A DNA stretch of 64,000 bases from an uncultured virus (IMG/VR IMGVR_UViG_3300033145_002040) (taxonomy: Duplodnaviria > Heunggongvirae > Uroviricota > Caudoviricetes): IMG/VR virus record IMGVR_UViG_3300033145_002040; one strand, written 5' to 3'. The notes beneath the pieces are model-generated. The model made no database searches, was not told where the DNA came from, and saw nothing but the letters and a program-made list of their open reading frames with translations. How positions within the stretch are numbered: the stretch's first letter is position 1; each line of letters begins with the position of its first letter. Of the stretch, positions 9,477 through 19,164 are shown piece by piece. The position numbers and the translations under genes are program-made.

Positions 9477-12400
9477 AAAATTATATAAGAATCTATTACT
9501 GTCAGTGTTAATATTTGGGATGTTTTTTATTAGTATTACTAACGTTTCTGCACTCCTAGATGTTAAAGGATTTAATAAAGATATAGGAGAATATGGACAA
9601 GTTGAAATTGATTATTTGTTATTTCTTAACAAAGTAGATTATCGTTTAACTGATTATGGTAATTCAGTCATTGATGCTTGGGCAGAAGGCGAATATACTT
9701 TGCATAAAAGGGCACATCTTTTTACAGGGATATCCTATAAAGATATCTTAGGTAATAATGGAAATTTTAAGAATAATAGATTTTATATATGGAATGAAGA
9801 AAATGAAACAAGATATAACCCTATTTATGAAAATCAAAATTGTTATTTAGATTTTAACTTAACGGATGAAGAGCTATTATACCCAGAGATGCTAATTAAT
9901 GAATCGGCGATAGAAAAATGTGATAGTATTTTGATATCTAATGATAGCTGTCAAATTGATATCAGCGGATGGATTCCATATGCTGAGGGGACAAAAATAG
10001 AAAAGGGCGAGGGGAAGTGGAGAGTTGAGACAGAAAAACCATCCAATCAAAAAGTAGATTTTATTTTAGAGGGGCATGGGGAAGATTTTACCGAATGGGC
10101 TTGGTGGAATTCTACTTGGAGTTATAAAAGAGAACTAAGTAATTTAACTGGCGATATATCTTATTTAGAAATTAATAGAACTAATAATATGTTTAATTTT
10201 CCTAATGAAATTAGGTTTTTAGATAATACTGATAGTATAGAATTAAATTATACTATTGAAAAAGAATTGGATGGCGATGGTTATAGTTATGATAGTTTTA
10301 ATTCTGGATTAAAAACTGATTTAATTTCTTATTATAAGTTAGATGAGAATGCAGCGAGTACGACTGTTGATGATGCTCATGGTTCTAATGATGGAACAGC
10401 TTCGACGAATACAAATAATTTATATGATGCAAGTGGGAAGATAAATAGTGCTTTTGATTTTAATGGTACTGATGATTATGTAGATATAGATGATGCTGGT
10501 GGTGTTGGAACTATTGAATCATATGGACTTTGGTTCAAAACATCATCTACTGAAAATTATAAGATTCTTTTATCAAGAGGGAATAATGCAGAAGCATATA
10601 CCTTTTTAAGTTTAGGAATTAATCTTGGGAAACTGATGATTCAAACTCGTGGAAGTACAGATGGTGTTATTAGTGATACATCTACTAATAGTTATAATGA
10701 TGGAAATTGGCATTTTATAGTATTAAAATATAATAATAGAGATGTATCGGCAATAATAGATAATTCAGAAACTGTATCGGTAGTTGCCCCTGTTAATTTC
10801 GATGTTACCTCTTTTGATTATTTGACTATTGGATGTTTAAGAAAAGATACAACAGCAATTACAAGTCAATTTTTCGATGGTCTAATCGACGAAGTAGGAA
10901 TTTGGTCAAGAGCATTAAACAGCACAGAAGTAAGCAAGTTATATAATTCAACGAAAGCTCAATTTAGAGTGAACAACTTAGGGGAAGATTCAATTGATAT
11001 GTATTATGGAAATGATGCAGTTTCTACAACTTCAAGTGCAAGTGATACTTATTTTGAGCCTGTAAGTATGTATTATTTAGATGATAATGCTAACGATTTT
11101 GTAGGAAGTAACGACGGAACGGTTAATGGTGCTACATTGAGTAGTGGGTATATTAATGGGAGTTATGATTTTGATGGGAGTGATGATTATATAGATTTGA
11201 ATTCTGATTTAGGGATGAATGGAAAAAATAAAATTTCAGTTAGTTTTTGGATATATCCAAATGACTTAACAAATAATTATGGAGGTTTATTTACTGAAGA
11301 CCAAGATGACGCAACTGATTTTTCTATTAGAAGTCCAACTGGAACGAATGATGTAACTGCTTTAATTAATGGAATCTCTGTAACTTCTACCGATGATTGT
11401 TTATCTGATAATACATGGAGTCATATAGTTACAACTTATGATTCTGCGAAATTTTATTTATATGTAGATAACGACTTGAAAGACTCGGCAGATTTAACGT
11501 CTAGTCTAGATATAACAGGGAATTTAGTTATTGGGCAAGATAGAGGTCTTTCTAGATATTTTGATGGTAAAATAGACGAAGTAGGAATATATGATTATGC
11601 TTTATCTTCAACACAAATAGAAGCACTTTATAATCAAACAGCACCAACGTATACTTTAGGTTCAGAAGAAACACTAAGCAACCCTCCCACAATAACAGCT
11701 AATTCAACAAAGCCAGATATAGTTTATCCAGATACAGACTATTTAGTTAACCTGACTATTGAAGATACGGATGTAGGGGATACATTAACTGGATATGTTC
11801 AATTTTACATTAATGGAACAGCAACCAGTACAGAGCAATCAACAGTAGTAACTAACGGAACAAATACATTAATTGGAACTTTAAGTAGTGGTAATTTTAC
11901 AGGAGGAGATATCCTAATAGCCCAGGTATGGTCCGGAGACGGGACTGTGAATACCACTAAAGTGAATCTAACAAGCTCAGAGGTAGCACACTCCCCTTTA
12001 ATTACAAATTTAGTAGAATATCCATCTGACCCTGCAACATTTTCGGAGAGCACAATCTACAGATTCAATGCGACTGTAACTGATATCGGAACTTTAGATG
12101 ATGTTATCTTAGATTTTAATGGAATAAATTATACTGCAACTAATATTTCGTCAGATATTTTTAGTGCTAGTGTCACCAATCTATCAGTAGGTATTTATAA
12201 CTATAGCTGGTTCGCGAATAATAGTATAGGAGGTATAAATAATTCTGAAACCGGTAGCTACACAGTAAATCAAGCAACCTCACAAACATCTTTGACATTT
12301 AACATACCATCACCTCAAACTTATAGTACTCCAGTAACTCCAACTTGCTCAGCAATATACGGAGATGGGGAAGTGGTTCTGGAGATGGATGGATCCACAA

Positions 12401-14442
12401 TAACTTCAGGAGCTGCTATAATTATAGGAGCAGGCACGAGAACGTTTAATTGTAGTTATGCCGAAACAGCTAATTATACAGGAAGCCAGAACATATCTTC
12501 TTATATAATAAATAAAGCGATTCCAGCAGGTAGCTTAACTTCTAGTATTGGATGGACTATAAATGAAACCCAAGAAGTAACTATAGGATTAAGTGAAGGT
12601 AACCCTAATGATGGTGATGTTACATATATTATATATAGAGACAATGTAGCTAAAGGAACAGGAGAAACATGGTCCCCATCTTATGGAATTTATAACTACA
12701 TATTGAATACCACAGGTGGTGCTAATTGGACTGTTAATTCTAGTATGGATATAGAAACGTTAAGTGTAGGTGATAATATAAATCCAAATATAGAAATAGT
12801 CTATCCATTAAATAATAGCATTTATTCTTCAGCGATAACAGAGTTAGACTATACTGTTTATGATACAAATTTAGATAGTTGTTGGTATTCTCTAGATGCA
12901 GGATTGATAAACACAACTATAACTTGTGGTAACAATGTTACTGGATTAAATTCTGGAGAGGGGTCTTCAACTTGGCAGATATGGGCAAATGATAGTGATA
13001 ATAATATCAATACCACTACTGTAACTTTCTCAGTAGATTCTATATCTCCTAATATTACAGAGTTAACTGAATATCCATTAGATCCTGCGATATATTCTCA
13101 AGGGACAACCTATCAGTTTAACTCTACTATAATAGATAGTAGTGATTTGGATGTTGTGCTATTTGAATTTAATGGTGTAAACTATACTGCTACAAATTCA
13201 TCTTCTAATTTTAATACAATTTTCACTGACTTGTCAGTTGGGATTTATAACTATAGGTGGTTCGCTAACGACTCAGTTGGGAACTTTAATAACTCAGAAA
13301 CAGGAACTTATACAATAAGTAAAGCAACTCCAGAATTAGTTTTGAATGGGACCACTCCTATAACTTATGGAATAGTTACTGATTTTTTAGGTTCAGGTTG
13401 TCCTGCTGGATTAAACTGCTCCCTAGATATTATTAATAATGTTTATGCAGCTGGCAATATTACAGCGAACTATTCTACTTCTGGGAGTGCAAACTACACA
13501 TCTGCTTATGCTAATTTTACTATTACTATAAATAAGGCGCCATTAGTTGGAGCTATAACTGGGACTTCGCCTATTAATTATACAGCTATAGCTAATATCA
13601 CAGCAAATGAAACAAATAATAATGATAGTGATGTAGTATATATTTTATACAGGGATAACGCAACTATTTCAATCCCAGATAATACAGTTCTTGGAGCTGG
13701 GAATTATTACTATATTTATAACTCAACAGGAGGACAAAATTATTCAGCTAACCCGAGCATAGATACATTCAACTTAACTATTGATAAAGCTACTGGGGAG
13801 GTGTATGCTTACGTTGGAAATTTAAGAGCTGATTATTTAGGGAATAATTTAACTGCTAAAAATGAAGATCTTAATGGAAGTTTGAATATAGGACTAGGAA
13901 ATATAAGCATGTATTTTAATAATTCATTAATACAATTTGGAGAATCACCTCTATATGATGTTAGAGATTTTCCACTTGGTAGCTATTATTTTAATGTAAC
14001 TTATGATGGAGATGATAACTATACATTAGCAGAAGAACATTGGGGCATAAATATTTCTGTCTGGTTTCTGTCAAACCTGACCGGTGTCTTTAATCTAAAT
14101 GCAGGGAATGATGATATTGCATATGATATTTCTGGGAACAACAATAATGGTACAATAGAGGATGCTACATGGGGAAATGATAATATAGATATTACATTAA
14201 TAGAAGATTTTGATTATTCTGTTAACAATAATAGCGGACTCTTTGTGCTTTTGAATGATGCTAGAGATTGGACTTTTATAGAAATAGGTTATACTTATTT
14301 TACATATGATAGTGATTTCTTAGAGGGGATAGTTGTTAAGATATTACCTGGGCTATTATTACTGTTAATCCTTACAATGATTATTAGACTTTTTATGGGT
14401 AGGACTAGTGCACCAGAAGAGGTATATTTATATGAATATTAA
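9466..14442 (+). CDS. Giant LamG/Ig-repeat surface glycoprotein with C-terminal TM anchor
   Basis: Own signal peptide (MEDKKLYKNLLLSV...VSA); two LamG domains (YYKLDE...FDGLIDEVGIW; FDGKIDEVGIY); duplicated EYPxDPA...WFANxS repeats; many sequons. Confidence 0.85.
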   Translation: MEDKKLYKNLLLSVLIFGMFFISITNVSALLDVKGFNKDIGEYGQVEIDYLLFLNKVDYRLTDYGNSVIDAWAEGEYTLHKRAHLFTGISYKDILGNNGNFKNNRFYIWNEENETRYNPIYENQNCYLDFNLTDEELLYPEMLINESAIEKCDSILISNDSCQIDISGWIPYAEGTKIEKGEGKWRVETEKPSNQKVDFILEGHGEDFTEWAWWNSTWSYKRELSNLTGDISYLEINRTNNMFNFPNEIRFLDNTDSIELNYTIEKELDGDGYSYDSFNSGLKTDLISYYKLDENAASTTVDDAHGSNDGTASTNTNNLYDASGKINSAFDFNGTDDYVDIDDAGGVGTIESYGLWFKTSSTENYKILLSRGNNAEAYTFLSLGINLGKLMIQTRGSTDGVISDTSTNSYNDGNWHFIVLKYNNRDVSAIIDNSETVSVVAPVNFDVTSFDYLTIGCLRKDTTAITSQFFDGLIDEVGIWSRALNSTEVSKLYNSTKAQFRVNNLGEDSIDMYYGNDAVSTTSSASDTYFEPVSMYYLDDNANDFVGSNDGTVNGATLSSGYINGSYDFDGSDDYIDLNSDLGMNGKNKISVSFWIYPNDLTNNYGGLFTEDQDDATDFSIRSPTGTNDVTALINGISVTSTDDCLSDNTWSHIVTTYDSAKFYLYVDNDLKDSADLTSSLDITGNLVIGQDRGLSRYFDGKIDEVGIYDYALSSTQIEALYNQTAPTYTLGSEETLSNPPTITANSTKPDIVYPDTDYLVNLTIEDTDVGDTLTGYVQFYINGTATSTEQSTVVTNGTNTLIGTLSSGNFTGGDILIAQVWSGDGTVNTTKVNLTSSEVAHSPLITNLVEYPSDPATFSESTIYRFNATVTDIGTLDDVILDFNGINYTATNISSDIFSASVTNLSVGIYNYSWFANNSIGGINNSETGSYTVNQATSQTSLTFNIPSPQTYSTPVTPTCSAIYGDGEVVLEMDGSTITSGAAIIIGAGTRTFNCSYAETANYTGSQNISSYIINKAIPAGSLTSSIGWTINETQEVTIGLSEGNPNDGDVTYIIYRDNVAKGTGETWSPSYGIYNYILNTTGGANWTVNSSMDIETLSVGDNINPNIEIVYPLNNSIYSSAITELDYTVYDTNLDSCWYSLDAGLINTTITCGNNVTGLNSGEGSSTWQIWANDSDNNINTTTVTFSVDSISPNITELTEYPLDPAIYSQGTTYQFNSTIIDSSDLDVVLFEFNGVNYTATNSSSNFNTIFTDLSVGIYNYRWFANDSVGNFNNSETGTYTISKATPELVLNGTTPITYGIVTDFLGSGCPAGLNCSLDIINNVYAAGNITANYSTSGSANYTSAYANFTITINKAPLVGAITGTSPINYTAIANITANETNNNDSDVVYILYRDNATISIPDNTVLGAGNYYYIYNSTGGQNYSANPSIDTFNLTIDKATGEVYAYVGNLRADYLGNNLTAKNEDLNGSLNIGLGNISMYFNNSLIQFGESPLYDVRDFPLGSYYFNVTYDGDDNYTLAEEHWGINISVWFLSNLTGVFNLNAGNDDIAYDISGNNNNGTIEDATWGNDNIDITLIEDFDYSVNNNSGLFVLLNDARDWTFIEIGYTYFTYDSDFLEGIVVKILPGLLLLLILTMIIRLFMGRTSAPEEVYLYEY

Positions 14443-14494
14443 AAACAACATAATTAACAGTTGCTCATTAGCAACGGCTAATCGGATCTCCCCG

Positions 14495-14534
14495 ATTAAC
14501 GCAATGTATTTAAATAGAAATCTACTAGTAATAT
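14495..14534 (+). promoter_or_regulatory. Class B promoter, copy 2
   Basis: Identical to 4566-4605; precedes ATG at 14542. Confidence 0.75.
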
Positions 14535-14541
14535 AAATAGA

Positions 14542-15750
14542 ATGAAAGGCAAACTTAATTATAATAACACAAAAAGGAAAATCGATAGAAAGAAATCTTT
14601 TAAATCTTCGTTAATTTTTTCTACTGGCAACAACTCTACTAAAAGAAAAGTTTTATCTCCAGGATATTCAGTCAATAAAACAAGACAAATGAATTGGAAG
14701 CAGTTGAATAAAAGGTTTCCTGGAATGGATCCAAATGCTGATGCTGATTTCGATGGGTTAGTTAATTGTAGAGATTGTAAGCCACTTGATCCATCTAAGG
14801 ATGGAGCTTTTAGTAGATTTTTAGGAGTTATCACTGGTGGGAAAAAGGGGCAAAGTGCAGAAGATTATAAAGCCGAGAAGCAAGAAAAGAGTAGTGCTAA
14901 ATTTGAAAAAAAATTAAGTATGGACGTCGAGAAGGGTAGAGCTGAGGAAAAAAGAAAAATAGCTGAGAAATGGAAAGAGATAGGTAGAGAAAAAGCTAGA
15001 GCTAAAAAAGAAATAATTAAAGAGAAGGCTAGAGCAGTAGTCAAATCAAAAGTTTCAGAAAAATTTGAAAAAGGTGTGAGAAGTTTGTCTCCAACTATAC
15101 AGTATCGTACTAAAATAGTTGATGGGAAGAAAGTAAGAGTTGCTACAAGGATCCCCGGGAAGAGAGTACTAACAGCTGGACAAAAAAGAAGCATAGTAAA
15201 AACAGTAGAGAAATTTTCAGGGGTTAGAGATACACGAACCCAAGCAAGAAAAACAGCTAAAGGGCAACCTGGAGCTGGAGCAGGAAGACCAAAGCAATCA
15301 TATAAATATAGAGACCCCAGAACTGGACAGCCAATATCTGCAGTAGACTATCATGCTTTAAGAAAACAATTAAAAAAACAAGCACAAACTGTTGAGACTC
15401 AAGCAGAAGTACAGCAACGATTTGCACTAGCAAAAAGAGGGTTGTCTCCTGAGGAGGTATCTGTTGCTCAAGAAGAAATAAATGCTAGAATGGCTAGGCT
15501 AAGAGCTATAAAGGCAGCTAGCCAAGAAACAGTTGAAGTTGCAGAACCTCAAGCTCAGTATCAGCAAGTTCAAGTTCAACCACAACAAGTTCAAATTCAG
15601 CCGCAATATAGGCGTACACAAAATGTTAATCCGATGGCTACAATACCAGGGTCCACTGGGATTCCACCTGGGTATAGATTGCAGGAAGATATAATGACTG
15701 GTAGAAAGAAATTAGTACCACTACCACAGCCTGAGGCATGGACTAGATAA
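14542..15750 (+). CDS. Basic coiled-coil protein with DxDxDGxxNxxDCxP motif and Gln/Pro-rich tail
   Basis: DADFDGLVNCRDCKP; Lys/Arg-rich. Confidence 0.75.
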   Translation: MKGKLNYNNTKRKIDRKKSFKSSLIFSTGNNSTKRKVLSPGYSVNKTRQMNWKQLNKRFPGMDPNADADFDGLVNCRDCKPLDPSKDGAFSRFLGVITGGKKGQSAEDYKAEKQEKSSAKFEKKLSMDVEKGRAEEKRKIAEKWKEIGREKARAKKEIIKEKARAVVKSKVSEKFEKGVRSLSPTIQYRTKIVDGKKVRVATRIPGKRVLTAGQKRSIVKTVEKFSGVRDTRTQARKTAKGQPGAGAGRPKQSYKYRDPRTGQPISAVDYHALRKQLKKQAQTVETQAEVQQRFALAKRGLSPEEVSVAQEEINARMARLRAIKAASQETVEVAEPQAQYQQVQVQPQQVQIQPQYRRTQNVNPMATIPGSTGIPPGYRLQEDIMTGRKKLVPLPQPEAWTR

Positions 15751-15757
15751 TATGCCA

Positions 15758-15797
15758 ATTAACGCAATGTATTTAAATAGTAATATACTAGTAATAT
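15758..15797 (+). promoter_or_regulatory. Class B promoter, copy 3
   Basis: ATTAACGCAATGTATTTAAATAGTAATATACTAGTAATAT. Confidence 0.75.
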
Positions 15798-15871
15798 AAG
15801 GATAGTAAAAAGAAAAAGGATACGAGGAACTCGTTAACCTTTTTATAAGATAAAAAGGAGGTAAAAAAATA

Positions 15872-16048
15872 ATGAAGAAACAAACAAAAATAGAAGTTAA
15901 GAAAATTACAAAAGTTAAATCTGTTAATCCATGGCAGGTGCACCTAAAAAAGGTTTATGCTGAGATGAAAGCAAAGAATAAAGCAACTAAATTAAGTGAT
16001 GCTATGAAATCTGCTAAGACTACTTATAAAAAGACGTGTAAAAAATGA
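15872..16048 (+). CDS. 58-aa Lys-rich putative DNA-binding protein (not in ORF track)
   Basis: GGAGG SD; MKKQTK...NPWQVHLKKVYAEMK...LSDAMKSAKTTYKK; ATGA overlap with next gene. Confidence 0.7.
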   Translation: MKKQTKIEVKKITKVKSVNPWQVHLKKVYAEMKAKNKATKLSDAMKSAKTTYKKTCKK

Positions 16049-16296
16049 AAAGGATTTTTGATATAAACAAATCTAAAGATAGAAAGAAGATGAATTGGTC
16101 TCAAGCTAAGTGGGCTCATCCTAAACTTAAACCTATGGGAGATTGGGATAATGATGGGGTTAAGAATCAATTTGATTGTAGACCTATGAATAGGAAGATG
16201 CAACATGACCCTAGCAGTAAGTGGAAGATTAAGATGGAAAGAGAATTTAAAACAGTTGGTGATTTAAAAGAATTTTCTGAAGGTGAACAGAAATGA
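16045..16296 (+). CDS. Small basic protein with DxDxDGxxNxxDCxP motif
   Basis: MNWSQ...GDWDNDGVKNQFDCRP, paralogous to a segment of 14542..15750. Confidence 0.7.
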   Translation: MKRIFDINKSKDRKKMNWSQAKWAHPKLKPMGDWDNDGVKNQFDCRPMNRKMQHDPSSKWKIKMEREFKTVGDLKEFSEGEQK

Positions 16297-16370
16297 AACT
16301 TATTATAATGAATAAATCTTTGATTTATGTCGGGTCATTTAAAATAATAATGAAAGGGGGTAAGAAATAA

Positions 16371-16895
16371 ATGGAAAATGGAAATGTAAAATTACTTGTT
16401 GGAGCTTTTTTAGCATTGATTGTAGGTATTTCGTTGTTAGGTATTGTTGCTACTTCAGGGAATAAGATTACAGATATGATAACTATTGCTGGAGAAGAAA
16501 TAGATTATACTTCAGCTGTAGGAGTTGCTGGCGCGATTAATTCAAGCGTAGAATTTACTATAGATACAGATAATATCCCAGATGGCTGGAGAGTTTCTGG
16601 TTGCCCTATTTCGAGTTTTGACTTATATAATAGCACTGACTCATTAGTTGCTGATACAGATTACACTTTTACAGCATCAACTGGAGTAATAACTTTTAGT
16701 GATACTGACAATGTAAATAATGGTGCCACAGTTAATACGACAACTGCGACATATGTATATTGCAATGAAGATTACCTGACACAAGGTTGGAACAGAACGA
16801 TAATAAATTTAGTTCCTGGATTCTTTGCATTAGCATTGATGGGAGTAGGACTTGGATTGTTCTTCGCGATAGGTAAGAATGAAGGTGTTTGGTGA
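16371..16895 (+). CDS. Two-helix hairpin membrane protein with beta-rich insert; candidate major capsid protein
   Basis: N-helix LLVGAFLALIVGISLLGIV; C-helix TIINLVPGFFALALMGVGLGLFF; sequons in the insert. Confidence 0.7.
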   Translation: MENGNVKLLVGAFLALIVGISLLGIVATSGNKITDMITIAGEEIDYTSAVGVAGAINSSVEFTIDTDNIPDGWRVSGCPISSFDLYNSTDSLVADTDYTFTASTGVITFSDTDNVNNGATVNTTTATYVYCNEDYLTQGWNRTIINLVPGFFALALMGVGLGLFFAIGKNEGVW

Positions 16896-17010
16896 ATTTA
16901 GATATTCATGCAGACAAAGTAAATGAAGCGTATTATTTGCCTAGGTGGTTATGAGTTTAATCATCTAGATAAATAATCTATAGTTTCATTTATCTATAAT
17001 TTAAAATACA

Positions 17011-17208
17011 ATGAATAAAAAAATAAAAAATCAAGTATTAGTGATAAAGGCTATTGTGCCGTTCGATGGAGAGAATATAGAAAATTTAAATGATATGAAA
17101 TTTAAATTTGATGTAAAAAGATCTGTAAAGGTAGTTGGTGATAAGGTAGGAAAAAAAAGTTTAGTAAAGTTAGGCTATCCTATGAATGAGAAGGGGGTTT
17201 TAAAATAA
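17011..17208 (+). CDS. Hypothetical protein
   Basis: ORF in the + strand operon. Confidence 0.55.
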   Translation: MNKKIKNQVLVIKAIVPFDGENIENLNDMKFKFDVKRSVKVVGDKVGKKSLVKLGYPMNEKGVLK

Positions 17209-17209
17209 A

Positions 17210-17407
17210 ATGGCAAGTTTTGAGAAACAAGTAGCAGGAGTTATTCCAAGTATGATGTCTTTGGCTTTAGTTGGACAATCTGCTAAAGCAGTAGATGATT
17301 CATTAAAAGGGAAGGGGAAGAAAGGAGATATGTTCAAGAGCTCTATGAATGTTCTAGTTGGAGTTCCTTTAATAGGAGCAGTGTCTAGCTCAGTTTCTAA
17401 ATTGTAA
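17210..17407 (+). CDS. Small hydrophobic protein
   Basis: Two weakly hydrophobic helices. Confidence 0.6.
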   Translation: MASFEKQVAGVIPSMMSLALVGQSAKAVDDSLKGKGKKGDMFKSSMNVLVGVPLIGAVSSSVSKL

Positions 17408-17421
17408 TTATATAATTTATA

Positions 17422-17559
17422 ATGGCAAGGAAAGAAGCATGGACTAAAGATACTGGTAAGAATGTAATTAAAGTTGCAGGGCAAGCTATTGTTGTATGCG
17501 GGGCATTAGCAGTAGTAGGATTAACTTTTGGAGCAGTTACACCGACGCTTAGTACGTAG
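17422..17559 (+). CDS. 45-aa membrane protein (not in ORF track)
   Basis: MARKEAWTKD...AIVVCGALAVVGLTFGAV; last + strand gene before the strand switch. Confidence 0.55.
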   Translation: MARKEAWTKDTGKNVIKVAGQAIVVCGALAVVGLTFGAVTPTLST

Positions 17560-17637
17560 ATATAATGTTTAATATTATTAATAAGAAAGATAGGGATATA
17601 GGTATATGGTTAACTTACTTTGAAGATTATTATAATT

Positions 17638-18078
17638 TTACCAGAAAGACTTATTTATTTGTTTATGGCACTGACTTTTAACAACTCTATACGTCGGATC
17701 TTTATCTAATATTTCTAAAGCTATACCTAATTCTTTTTTAACATTTTTATCTTTCCTTAATTTTTCGTTTATGTTCCATTCTTTTAATCTTTCAGCTACT
17801 TCTTCAATATTATTTTCACAATCATCATATATATAATCTCTACGTATCATTCCAGCTTTTTCTAAAAGGCCTAGATCTATAAGATCTTTTATAATATCAT
17901 AACGATATCGTTTAGGAACTCCTTTTGACCCGCCGTCTTTATCACAAAGGATAACCTTATTTATTATTTTTCTTAGACTAGAGCCAGAAATCCTATTACC
18001 TTTCATTTGTTTTTTAATTTTCATATAAATATATGCATAAATTAATGGTATTTGTTTATCTTTATTTTTAGAGTTCAT
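17638..18078 (-). CDS. Hypothetical protein, possible winged helix
   Basis: YDIIKDLIDLGLLEK segment. Confidence 0.55.
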   Translation of the reverse strand: MNSKNKDKQIPLIYAYIYMKIKKQMKGNRISGSSLRKIINKVILCDKDGGSKGVPKRYRYDIIKDLIDLGLLEKAGMIRRDYIYDDCENNIEEVAERLKEWNINEKLRKDKNVKKELGIALEILDKDPTYRVVKSQCHKQINKSFW

Positions 18079-18392
18079 TATTTATAGATAGATATAGTTC
18101 TACTATTTGGATTTTTATCTTTTAGCAGAAGCTCTGATTCATTTATATGTACTTCATTATACGTAGATATCCTTTTAGTAAACAAATAATTAGAATCCAT
18201 CAATGTCTCATTTAGCTTATAGCATGCACCACAAGGATCAGCCAAGACCTCATCACATATTTTTTTATCTTGATAGTATCCATAGACCATCATCCCAAGT
18301 AATAGCCAAAATAATATCCATGGTAGCTCTTTCCTAAAGCCTTCCCAAATTACTATTTTATTTTTATTTTCCATTGTTTCTATTTTATTCAT
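18078..18392 (-). CDS. Membrane protein
   Basis: Single TM, CxxC. Confidence 0.65.
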   Translation of the reverse strand: MNKIETMENKNKIVIWEGFRKELPWILFWLLLGMMVYGYYQDKKICDEVLADPCGACYKLNETLMDSNYLFTKRISTYNEVHINESELLLKDKNPNSRTISIYK

Positions 18393-18594
18393 ATTCTAAT
18401 GTTGGTACCTCTTCCATTAGTGAGCTATCGCGGTTTTCTCCTGTTATTGTCTCTTTTATATTTCTAATAAAATTCCCTATTCCTCTGAATAAAGGATCAA
18501 GCGGCTTTTTTAATGGCCTATATAGAATATAGACTCCGATGATTCCTATTATCCATGGAATAATAGTATTTAAAATACTATCAAAGCTTGCCAT
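18385..18594 (-). CDS. Small membrane protein
   Basis: N-terminal TM; overlaps both neighbours. Confidence 0.65.
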   Translation of the reverse strand: MASFDSILNTIIPWIIGIIGVYILYRPLKKPLDPLFRGIGNFIRNIKETITGENRDSSLMEEVPTLEYE

Positions 18595-18988
18595 TATCTT
18601 CTACCACATCTTTATCTATTTCTATTCTAGTCCAATTGGGAACATATTCATCATCTAATATGTCATTTTCTATTTCTTCGACTTCTTCTTTTAATAATCT
18701 AGAGCCATATCCCCTACAGTCTCTTATACATATGTCTGCCAGTTCTCTTGAATCTTTAGCATTATCATATTCTTCTTGTTCTTTTTTGGTAAGTGTGAAT
18801 AAATCTTTTATTATAGGTGGAATTCTGCCACGGCTAAAGAGTATTTTTTTTAAGAAATCTTCATCTCTTGGTATTAACCTAATAGCTCTACCCCATCGCC
18901 TATCAGTATACCAAATACTTTTTTCTTCTATTTCTATACGGAAAGTTTCTCTATTTATCATAAAGGCTAACTTAATTTTTTTTATCAT
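18581..18988 (-). CDS. Hypothetical protein
   Basis: Coupled ORF in the - strand operon. Confidence 0.65.
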   Translation of the reverse strand: MIKKIKLAFMINRETFRIEIEEKSIWYTDRRWGRAIRLIPRDEDFLKKILFSRGRIPPIIKDLFTLTKKEQEEYDNAKDSRELADICIRDCRGYGSRLLKEEVEEIENDILDDEYVPNWTRIEIDKDVVEDNGKL

Positions 18989-19000
18989 TGTTATTTTAAA

Positions 19001-19030
19001 AAAACATGACCCGGTATAGGGTCATGTTTT
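19001..19030. repeat. Perfect 12-bp hairpin
   Basis: AAAACATGACCC-GGTATA-GGGTCATGTTTT. Confidence 0.7.
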
Positions 19031-19060
19031 AAATTTTTTATTTTTTTATGTTACAATCCC

Positions 19061-19164
19061 TATTCGTAGTGTTCATCTATATTTAATAAACATTTCAAAA
19101 CATTATTCGTAATGTTTATCTATGCCTATTTGACATTTCAAAACATTATTCGTAATGTTTATCT
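19061..19164. repeat. Three copies of the 3' end of the upstream gene (TATTCGTAATGTTTATCTA core)
   Basis: Direct repeats at ~19061 (degenerate), ~19090 and ~19133. Confidence 0.7.

Noticed and set aside
5049..14442. Diversity-generating retroelement targeting the adhesins
   Set aside because: No reverse transcriptase and no TR/VR pair with adenine-specific mismatches seen
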